Of a stretch of DNA of 36,100 nt, positions 17,226-24,707 are shown piece by piece. Origin of the DNA: Candidatus Woesearchaeota archaeon (GTDB lineage Archaea; Nanobdellota; Nanobdellia; SCGC-AAA011-G17; GW2011-AR17); the NCBI GenBank assembly GCA_964358335.1, contig CAYHOW010000001.1:1-36100 (forward strand), given 5' to 3'. Position 1 is the first letter of the stretch. Every line of letters begins with the position of its first letter. The notes beneath the pieces are model-generated. The model worked only from the letters and a program-made list of their open reading frames with translations, made no database searches and was not told where the DNA came from. Both the position numbers and the translations under genes were made by a program.

Positions 17226-18670
17226 CAATAAAACCAAGGCTCAGGAAGAAGGCGGCAGCCATACTGTTGCTGTCATCCATAGCTTTCCTAGCGTCCATAT
17301 TCATATTCAATATCGTAAACCAGAAAGCCAAGGCCGGGCCGCAGGTAGAGTACCTCGGAGAAGCCCAGCTTGAACTGTTCGACTATTACGCTTACGGCGA
17401 CGAGATGCTGTTCTATCTTGACAATGCCGCAAGATACTCGGCTGAGCCTATTGCTTTGAAAGATGGGATGACTGACACCGAGTACATCGCGCTGTTCAAG
17501 CAGAATTTCGCGGCTTACCTCGCTAATTTCAACAAGCTATACTACACGAGGCCTTACCTATTCAATGACAACTATTCGTTCTCCGTGAGCGATGGCAGGC
17601 TTATGCTCTCCACTCTTTTTGAAATCCCTGTATTCGGGGATACTGTGCCGCGCAACATCCAGACCCAAGTGGACTACAGAATCAATCCATCTTTGGTGTA
17701 CAGGAACGACAGCCTGAAGAAGCTAAAGCTAGGCGCGAAGCCTCTTATCACTGCTCCGGTTGCGCCTGCAGAAGTCACGGCCAAAGTGGAAACCCCCTCT
17801 ACAGTATCTCTGAGGCCCGCAAGCGAATATTTCCCATTCATAGTCATATCCGACCTCCAGATAGGCGACCAGAACAAGGAATGGTTTAAGTCCGGAGTCA
17901 GCCAGATAATCAGCCTCAACCCCGAGCTCGTGATAATCAACGGCGACATGATTGATGCCAACCCTTCAGACGCCGAAAGCAAGCTTGACAGGATGTGGTC
18001 ATATTTCGATTCGAATGTTAAGAAAAAGCTCGGCTCTGCTAACTTGGCAATGATACCTTCGGCGGGAAACCATGACGCTTTCGGAGGCAAGTACGAAAAG
18101 TTCTGGAACTCGTACAAGCCCGGCGTAGAGAACCTTAAGGGGAGCTATCCCAAATACTATTCGTTCGATTACAAGAAGAACCATTTCGTTGTGCTTTATA
18201 CAGTGACTTACAATATTGATGCGGAACAGCTCGCATGGCTCATCGAGGACTTGACTTCAGCCAAAGGGAAATACAACAACATCTTCGTGTTCGGCCATAT
18301 CCCCCTGCAGCAGATATGCTTCCAGCTAAGCCATTGCTCGACGACATTGAAGCCGAAAGGCCAGCTGCTTAACCTTCTCAGGGAAACCGGCGTGAAATTC
18401 TATTCAAGCGGCCACCACCACGCCTACAACAAGGGCAGCCTGAACGGCGTCGACATGATATCCAGCGGCTCGATGTACGTGTCTTATCTGGAGTTAGGCC
18501 AGACGAGCTCAGGAAGCACATACAGGCAGCAGCCCTCGTTCCTTTTCATTGACGTCAACGGCAACAAGGTCTCTGCCAAGTCTTATACCGGGACGGGCTT
18601 CAGCTCGGTGTTCGACGAGAGCAATCTCCATCAGGTTCCGGGATACGATGCCCTTGTATCCGTATCTTAG
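17222..18670 (+). CDS. membrane-anchored calcineurin-like metallophosphoesterase, last gene of the pilus operon
   Basis: The N-terminal TM segment is AAAILLLSSIAFLASIFIF. The motifs are ISDLQIG (D-x-Q/G type), NGDMID, AGNHD, FGHIP and SGHHH. Confidence 0.8.
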   Translation: MTIKPRLRKKAAAILLLSSIAFLASIFIFNIVNQKAKAGPQVEYLGEAQLELFDYYAYGDEMLFYLDNAARYSAEPIALKDGMTDTEYIALFKQNFAAYLANFNKLYYTRPYLFNDNYSFSVSDGRLMLSTLFEIPVFGDTVPRNIQTQVDYRINPSLVYRNDSLKKLKLGAKPLITAPVAPAEVTAKVETPSTVSLRPASEYFPFIVISDLQIGDQNKEWFKSGVSQIISLNPELVIINGDMIDANPSDAESKLDRMWSYFDSNVKKKLGSANLAMIPSAGNHDAFGGKYEKFWNSYKPGVENLKGSYPKYYSFDYKKNHFVVLYTVTYNIDAEQLAWLIEDLTSAKGKYNNIFVFGHIPLQQICFQLSHCSTTLKPKGQLLNLLRETGVKFYSSGHHHAYNKGSLNGVDMISSGSMYVSYLELGQTSSGSTYRQQPSFLFIDVNGNKVSAKSYTGTGFSSVFDESNLHQVPGYDALVSVS

Positions 18671-19598
18671 CCAAGTATCTCTCTTTCCTCACCTTCTTGA
18701 ACCAGCTCCTGTACTTCAGCTCCGATAGCTTCAACCTTAATTCCGAGTAAATACTGCTGTGCTTCCTGATAAGGTAGCTGTTGCCCTCTATCATAGTTTC
18801 AATCTCGGGTATGCGGCTGTGTATGTTCTCTGCGTTCCTCAGCTTCAGGTATTCCGCATCGAACTCTCTCATCCTGTCTTCCCATCTCCATGAAGCCCTG
18901 CCAGACAATATGCCTGATATTTTTCCGATGTTCGGAGTGCCTATGGCCTTCCTTATCCTGCTCGAGTTAAGCTCCTTCCTCAGCCTGCCTTCATGCCTTC
19001 TCAAGACCGCATCATAGTTAGGATACTGGCTTAATCTTTTTCCCCTGTACCTGACATTCTCGCCTATGCTCCTTACAACTTGCCATTCGTCTATCCTCTC
19101 AGAATCTTCCTCTACGCTAAGCCTCACTTCCCGACTATATTTTCCGCAGAACTCCTCGGCGTAATATTCGTCGCCCCTTGAATTGACGACTATGCTGACC
19201 AGGATGCCTTCCAGCGTGCCCTTCGATGGGTAGTGGGCTTTTTTAGCTAGCAGGCTGTTATATTTCTCTGCCAATGGCATGATTGTCGATGCGACATGGC
19301 TGTCATCCATCCCTGAATGGAACACATCGAAGCTGCCATGGCTGTGCCATATGCCGAGAACCCTCTGGTTCATCCTATAGCATCTATTGAAAACGCTTTC
19401 CAATCCGTAACTTGTGCACGACGCATAATCTGCGTCTTGCTCAGGAATATAGCTGTGCCTTGCGTAATCGTTCCCGTAATCGCTGAGGATGAGGCCTTCG
19501 CATTCTATATCTGCGCCCACTATCTCCGACACCAAATCTGCAGTCATCTTTATCTCCTTGACGAGCCTTTTGCTGATCACCTCTCTTGACATCTGCAT
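18600..19598 (-). CDS. JAB/JAMM-family metalloprotease with ~180-aa basic helical C-terminal extension
   Basis: A Glu lies in IECEGLIL. The JAMM motif HSHGSFDVFHSGMD (HxHx7Sx2D) is encoded at 19305-19346. Alternative starts are at 19592 and 19547 (AAGGAG RBS). The first start overlaps the E1 stop by 22 nt. Confidence 0.85.
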   Translation of the reverse strand: MQMSREVISKRLVKEIKMTADLVSEIVGADIECEGLILSDYGNDYARHSYIPEQDADYASCTSYGLESVFNRCYRMNQRVLGIWHSHGSFDVFHSGMDDSHVASTIMPLAEKYNSLLAKKAHYPSKGTLEGILVSIVVNSRGDEYYAEEFCGKYSREVRLSVEEDSERIDEWQVVRSIGENVRYRGKRLSQYPNYDAVLRRHEGRLRKELNSSRIRKAIGTPNIGKISGILSGRASWRWEDRMREFDAEYLKLRNAENIHSRIPEIETMIEGNSYLIRKHSSIYSELRLKLSELKYRSWFKKVRKERYLAKIRIQGHRIPEPDGDCSRRTPS

Positions 19599-20905
19599 CT
19601 TGTTTCCCCCCTAGACTTGTTTTCGAGAATGTTGAACTTCCTTTTGTTCCCGCTCTTCGAGCTGTATTCGAACCTCTTTTCCAAGAATGTAGACCTTGAC
19701 ACTATCTCCCCTGCGACCAGCGCGCCTATGAAGGCGTTGGTCATCACGACGTTCGATTCACTTACTTCTGCGCAGCCCTGCGGCCTTAACCCGGCCAGCC
19801 TATCGAAATCGTACCTGCATCCCATGCATGAATTCGTTAGCGGGATATACGCCTCGGCTATCGCGTTGAAAGGCGTCACTGCAGCATTGATCATCATCGT
19901 GGAAGTCTCCATTGCGTGCCTGTTCAGCAGCCTTCTTGCTTCCCAGTTGTCTGCGCAGCAGACTATCGCGTCGTATTCTGGCAGGCCCCGCAATGTCCTT
20001 TCCGTGATATGGCTGCCTCTCGCTGTTATTTTAGCTTCCGGAACTATATGCTTCAGCCTCGACTCCAGCACGTCGGCCTTCTTCTCGCCGATGCTTCCGT
20101 AATAGAGAAGCTGCCTTGCAACGTTATGGCCCTCAATTATGTCGCCGTCATAGACGTCTATTTCTACGCCTTCAAGCGCAAGATTCAAGGCCACATAAGT
20201 CCCTATGCCGCCTGCGCCGCAAATCAAAACCTTCTTCCTATTGTCGACCATAGAGTATAACGGGATTTCCTTTGCGCTGAACCTGCGCTCCAGAGACGCC
20301 CCGTAATTTATCCTTCCGGCATAATTGCTGTCACCTTCCAGAGGAGAAACAACCTTTCTTATCTCGTCCAAAATCACGGCGGACATCAGGCCGCTGGGAT
20401 AGCCCCCCTGCCTCAGGCTGGCGAACTCCTCAAGGCACTGGCGGGGCATCGCTCTTGCAGCCTTCGTCTTGTCCCTCTTGAATATCGCGCTAGACGACGT
20501 CCCTGAAGACGATGCGCTGACGAACAACCTGATATTTTCAGCCGCATAGAAATGGTCCAAGCAAATATCTTTTGTCCTAGGGCTGTTGCTCAGGTCCAGA
20601 AGCACGTCGGGGCAGCCCATGAGATAGCCGTCAGCCTGCAATGGCACCGCCTCTATTCTCATACCGTCATTTATGGCCATGATTTTATCTTCCATGCCTA
20701 AGACCTTGAATTTGCCTTTTTCTCTCAAGAGAAACTCTTCCCTCTCATACCCTATAGAATCGTCTATAACCCTTATGTTCCTTAAGCCAAGCCCTGCCAT
20801 GTAGAAGCAGATGTAGTTGGCCAATGCGCCGCACCCAACGATGGTGGCGCTGCCTTTGCCAATCATCTCTTGGTTCAATGCCCAGTTCCTTGAATAGTCT
20901 ATCAT
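19577..20905 (-). CDS. E1-like (ThiF/MoeB/UBA-family) adenylating enzyme with two Rossmann modules in one chain
   Basis: The C-terminal module is canonical: VLICGAGGIGTYVALNLALEGVEIDVYDGDIIEGHNVARQLLY, CCADNWEARR and CMGC. The N-terminal module has IVGCGALANY...RVIDDS and LDLSNSPRTK but lacks the NLxRQ motif. Confidence 0.9.
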   Translation of the reverse strand: MIDYSRNWALNQEMIGKGSATIVGCGALANYICFYMAGLGLRNIRVIDDSIGYEREEFLLREKGKFKVLGMEDKIMAINDGMRIEAVPLQADGYLMGCPDVLLDLSNSPRTKDICLDHFYAAENIRLFVSASSSGTSSSAIFKRDKTKAARAMPRQCLEEFASLRQGGYPSGLMSAVILDEIRKVVSPLEGDSNYAGRINYGASLERRFSAKEIPLYSMVDNRKKVLICGAGGIGTYVALNLALEGVEIDVYDGDIIEGHNVARQLLYYGSIGEKKADVLESRLKHIVPEAKITARGSHITERTLRGLPEYDAIVCCADNWEARRLLNRHAMETSTMMINAAVTPFNAIAEAYIPLTNSCMGCRYDFDRLAGLRPQGCAEVSESNVVMTNAFIGALVAGEIVSRSTFLEKRFEYSSKSGNKRKFNILENKSRGETRCRCQER

Positions 20906-20909
20906 TCTT

Positions 20910-21899
20910 TCAGTAGTTCAATGCCACGACATTATTAGATCCGCAACTTAGCTTTTTTGCCGCAAAAGTACTTTCTGTGAGCTTGTGCCATGACCTTTCG
21001 TGGCTTGTGTATTCCGTAGTCAGCACCTTCCTTCCCTTGCGCATAAGCTCCATGATCTGCATCCTCGCATCCCCTGGATATTTCTGGATAATGGATTCAT
21101 AACTGAAACCGCCCACACATACCTGCTGGTACGCCTTGTCATTTTCTGGCAATGAGGGATGGCTGTAGCTGTCCATCACCTGCAGGCAGCCCCATTCTAT
21201 ATAGCCATCACTGATGCTGAGCCTGCTGCCCACCCTTGCCTTGCCGAACTGGTAGTATGCTCCGTTGCTGCGCTCGTAAAGTGCGTAAGGCCTGACCTCC
21301 GTAAACACGTAGAAGTCACCGTCCTCTATCAAGAAGCCAATCTCTTTCTCCTTGTCATAATAGTGCGCCTTTCCAGCTATCCCCTCGAGATTGCCATCTT
21401 CAGGAAACAACGCGTCGTCTAGCATTGCCTGATACTTCCTTTCCAGATGCTCAATCGCGCACGGATTTTTCTGCGCGCTATAGCGTCTGCCGTTGACCCT
21501 CACTGTCCCGCCCATGTCCTCATAGATGGCGTACCACGAGCCGCATCTTACCAGTATGCCATCCTTCGGTATCACCTTGCTGATTATCGAAGCGCCTTCG
21601 TGCGGCATATACCCCCTGTATATATTGCCCAAGACATCCTCGACAATGAACCTCACCAGCTTCATGTTTCTGCTTTCATCCATCCATGGACGCACATCCT
21701 CCCTCAAGTATCCTCTGCGTCTCAGGTCTGAGAAATAGATCTTCTCCAGGACGTCTAGCCTTACCGGCATGCTAGTGATGTCCACGATGCCGTTGCCGCC
21801 CTTCACATTGCTCTTACTTATCTGATAGACGCTATCTTCTATAACGAAGAACGCGCTGTTCATTGCGTGCGTGCAGAACGTGCTCTTTGGCCTGTTCAT
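20910..21899 (-). CDS. hypothetical 329-aa protein of the E1/JAB cassette; C-terminal region is a candidate E2-like (UBC-fold) domain
   Basis: It overlaps the upstream gene by 4 nt and ends 4 nt before the E1 start. SHPSLPENDKAYQQVCVGG (encoded at 21117-21161) resembles the HPN...C signature of E2 enzymes. No other motif was recognised. Confidence 0.6.
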   Translation of the reverse strand: MNRPKSTFCTHAMNSAFFVIEDSVYQISKSNVKGGNGIVDITSMPVRLDVLEKIYFSDLRRRGYLREDVRPWMDESRNMKLVRFIVEDVLGNIYRGYMPHEGASIISKVIPKDGILVRCGSWYAIYEDMGGTVRVNGRRYSAQKNPCAIEHLERKYQAMLDDALFPEDGNLEGIAGKAHYYDKEKEIGFLIEDGDFYVFTEVRPYALYERSNGAYYQFGKARVGSRLSISDGYIEWGCLQVMDSYSHPSLPENDKAYQQVCVGGFSYESIIQKYPGDARMQIMELMRKGRKVLTTEYTSHERSWHKLTESTFAAKKLSCGSNNVVALNY

Positions 21900-22303
21900 T
21901 GTCTGGCGCCCACCGAAGTTATCTGGCCCACAACCATCTCGATGCAGTCGAAATCCTCGTCGTCAATGCTCCTCCTCTTTATGTAAGGCGCGACGCCCTC
22001 GTCCAGCGCCCTTATCGTCGAGCTGTTGCTATTGATGTAGCTGCCTTCATTGTCGCATGCCCTTATCTCGCAGATGGTCGAGCTGCCGTTGTGCTGCTGC
22101 ACATAGCCCGTGACTTCGTCAGCCAATTGCTTGTCCTCGCTCTGGACACCGTCAACCATATACCCTATGAGGTCCCTGAAAGTGCCAGTCCTCAGCTTGC
22201 CGTCCAGCGGCCTGATGACCGCCTTGTCCCTGCTTATGTCGCCGTCAAGCTCCACCATGTGCCTGTTGGTCTCCGTGTCCAATATCCCAATCAAGTTAAC
22301 CAT
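21896..22303 (-). CDS. hypothetical 135-aa protein, first gene of the E1/JAB cassette; candidate Ubl/modifier
   Basis: A GGAGGT RBS lies 8 nt upstream of ATG 22303. The C-terminus is ...EMVVGQITSVGARQ, with Gly residues near the end. No recognisable catalytic motif. Confidence 0.55.
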   Translation of the reverse strand: MVNLIGILDTETNRHMVELDGDISRDKAVIRPLDGKLRTGTFRDLIGYMVDGVQSEDKQLADEVTGYVQQHNGSSTICEIRACDNEGSYINSNSSTIRALDEGVAPYIKRRSIDDEDFDCIEMVVGQITSVGARQ

Positions 22304-22334
22304 TTTATCTCTTACCTCCGTTATTTCTATCTGC

Positions 22335-22346
22335 AGAACACGTTCT
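22335..22346. promoter_or_regulatory. short inverted repeat AGAAC-N2-GTTCT between a TATA-like box and the RBS of the E1/JAB cassette
   Basis: agaacacgttct reads as 5-bp arms with a 2-nt spacer, about 32 nt upstream of ATG 22303. Confidence 0.2.
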
Positions 22347-22464
22347 CAAAACAGTTTAATAACTTAACGAAAAAAAAGTGCCCTTTTTTCTTTAGGTTCC
22401 GCAATGCTTGCGGACAGCACCGGAAATGGTTAATTTTTTAAGCTCTAAGATATTCGTTATAGGC

Positions 22465-23166
22465 ATGAGAAAAATAATTTTAATACTTGCTGTGGCTTTG
22501 ATGCTGCTAACTGTCGGCTGCAAGCCTAAAGTCGAAACAGGCAATGGACTTATCAACCTGCCTGACGTGTCAAAAGAGGATGTAGAGAAAATACTTGAAG
22601 AGAAGACTCAGCAGGCTGAAGACCTGCAGGCCAAGCTCGGCTCCATCGAGGCTGCTACCAATGAGCCTGTGTTGCCTTTAGGCCAGTTCAAGCTCGCTGA
22701 CAAGCAGTCGATGGCGTATGGTGAAAACAAGGTCACCGTCAAGACTATTGCCACTGGCCCGCTGGTCGACGTGGATGTGGACGGGACGACAGGAAGGCTT
22801 GTTGAGACTAAGTCTGAAGAGGTAATAAACGGCCTAGTCATATCCATTGCCGAGTTCAAGTTCAAGCTGAAAGACAGTCCCGAGAACTATGTTGTCCTGA
22901 ACATCAAGCCATTGGATCTTGGAGAGGATGAGTATCTGCTGTCCAAGGATGAGACTGTCTCCGTCGGTGCCAAGATTGTCAAGATGATAGAGCCAAGGGC
23001 TGACGGCTCGGTCATTGTCGAAGTGCTGCCCAGCTATTCGGGGAACGAGAGGATTGTTGCAGGAAGCTCAATAATCATAGATAACCTGGAGATTTCGCCT
23101 GTCCAGTCATTCACCAAGGACAAGACTAGGAAAGCCTATGCGATAATCAAGGTTGTCGAGCAGTAA
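22465..23166 (+). CDS. secreted lipoprotein-like protein, unknown function
   Basis: I prefer the internal ATG 22465. It gives MRKIILILAVALMLLTVGC, a signal peptide followed by a Cys. An oligo-T tract lies at 23174-23187 after the stop. Confidence 0.65.
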   Translation: MRKIILILAVALMLLTVGCKPKVETGNGLINLPDVSKEDVEKILEEKTQQAEDLQAKLGSIEAATNEPVLPLGQFKLADKQSMAYGENKVTVKTIATGPLVDVDVDGTTGRLVETKSEEVINGLVISIAEFKFKLKDSPENYVVLNIKPLDLGEDEYLLSKDETVSVGAKIVKMIEPRADGSVIVEVLPSYSGNERIVAGSSIIIDNLEISPVQSFTKDKTRKAYAIIKVVEQ

Positions 23167-23214
23167 TCATTACTTTTTCTTTTTTTTCATCCCTCCACTC
23201 TAAAATAATCCTCT

Positions 23215-23628
23215 CTATTTCGATTCTATCTCGCCGCTTATGACAATTTCATCTTCCGTTTTATGTATCTTTGAAATAATCTGAAGAGTTATCTCATCAA
23301 CAATATCTTCAAGTATCTTTGAATATTTCAAATATTCTTGCCATAAGACTTCATCCATAAATGGTTTGCTGGCATTAACCATAACTGTACTATATTTCTG
23401 CCGATAGTATCTATATGGTTTTAGGCCGTGCTTGTGGCATATTGCAGCAAACAATTGCTTGTGCCACATATCCTGCGTGGTGATGGTATATTCTATTATA
23501 GATGTTTCAATACTTTGTTTCTGTAACCTTTCCTTTGCTAAGATAGCGGATTGCCTTTCGCCTTCTGTCCCTGCGCGTTCAATCAGCGCTTCAATTTTTC
23601 TTATTTTTTCTAGTATGTCCATTTTCAT
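23215..23628 (-). CDS. hypothetical protein with DUF2786-like N-terminal helix pair
   Basis: ILEKIRKIEALIERAGTEGERQSAILAKERLQKQ resembles the DUF2786 signature common in phage and plasmid genes. The gene is AT-rich, with an AGGAAG RBS. Confidence 0.5.
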   Translation of the reverse strand: MKMDILEKIRKIEALIERAGTEGERQSAILAKERLQKQSIETSIIEYTITTQDMWHKQLFAAICHKHGLKPYRYYRQKYSTVMVNASKPFMDEVLWQEYLKYSKILEDIVDEITLQIISKIHKTEDEIVISGEIESK

Positions 23629-23835
23629 AATACTTCCTGTTCGTTTTTGATTCTTGCTTCTCTAAGAATCTGCAGATATTTATTAAAATTGTGGTATTCT
23701 TGGCTTCGATTACACCTTCACACTTCCCTCGTAGTTTTGGCATTTTTTCCATCAGAATTTTCAAATGGATATATTTTTAAACTTGAAAGCACCTTCTAAT
23801 CATATCAAATTTCCCTACAAAAGGAGGTAGATGAT

Positions 23836-24456
23836 TTGGTCAACTTCAAAGAACTAGAAAAGATAGAGGACAGTTTTGTCAAGGAAAAGAACGTCTTCCT
23901 TGAGAAAGTCAAGGCGATAAAGGACGACAAGGTCAAGCACCTTAGCGAGGCAAAGGCCGAGCTTGCCAAGCTCAAGTCGAAACTCGCATTGTCCGAGAAA
24001 GAGCTTGAGACAATATTCAAGGCGCTTTCGGCATTCAACATGCAGCTTGAAAAGCTTTTCAAGCAGAACTATGAGCACAAGAAGCAGATTGTTGATCTGA
24101 AGAGACTGCGCGCAAGGATACCTGACCAGATAGACAGCCTCAAGAAGTCCATTAATTCTAACCTGAGGATAATCAAGGCAATCAAGAATGATGCGAAGAA
24201 GATATCTATGAGAAAGACAAAGTACACATACATCGTCGAAGAGCTGGGCAAGGTAGTGGGAAGGTACGAGGGTCTTGTGAAGAATATGGCTTCCGACGTA
24301 AAGGAGCTAGCTGAAAAGGAAAAAAACCTTGTCGAGGGAAAGGTCATCTGGGCAGAGAAGTCCGCACTCGAAGACCTTGGCAAGTTCCTAAAGAAGTTCA
24401 TCATGCCTGCGCCTGAGAGAAAGAAGCACAAGGCCGCACCTAAAAAGAAAAGGTAG
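23836..24456 (+). CDS. Lys-rich coiled-coil protein, unknown function
   Basis: TTG start 8 nt after a strong AAGGAGG. The ATG at 23831 is out of frame and stops quickly. The body is continuous heptad-like sequence ending in a basic tail, KKHKAAPKKKR. Confidence 0.55.
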   Translation: MVNFKELEKIEDSFVKEKNVFLEKVKAIKDDKVKHLSEAKAELAKLKSKLALSEKELETIFKALSAFNMQLEKLFKQNYEHKKQIVDLKRLRARIPDQIDSLKKSINSNLRIIKAIKNDAKKISMRKTKYTYIVEELGKVVGRYEGLVKNMASDVKELAEKEKNLVEGKVIWAEKSALEDLGKFLKKFIMPAPERKKHKAAPKKKR

Positions 24457-24707
24457 GATTCTTCTATTTTATTTTTTTACCTTTTTCTAGTGATATTTCT
24501 TGTGCTTGATTGCCAACTTGGGCTTATTCTGCCCTAAATAAGCTCACTTCCGTAACTTTTAAGTGGTCATATAAATATGTCATTTGGCTTATTTTTTGGT
24601 CGAAAAGTTTAATAACATCTTTTGTTTTTCATAGTAAAATACTTTTTGAGTTGGGATGACAAATCTCATCGGCGAAAAGTGTACCGTAAAAAAAAAGGTG
24701 AACTAAA

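Noticed and set aside
23591-23752. 53-aa minus-strand ORF (MEKMPKLRGKCEG...) upstream of and overlapping the DUF2786-like gene start by 38 nt.
   Set aside because: It has no RBS, no motif and an out-of-frame overlap with a better start context. Evidence is insufficient.
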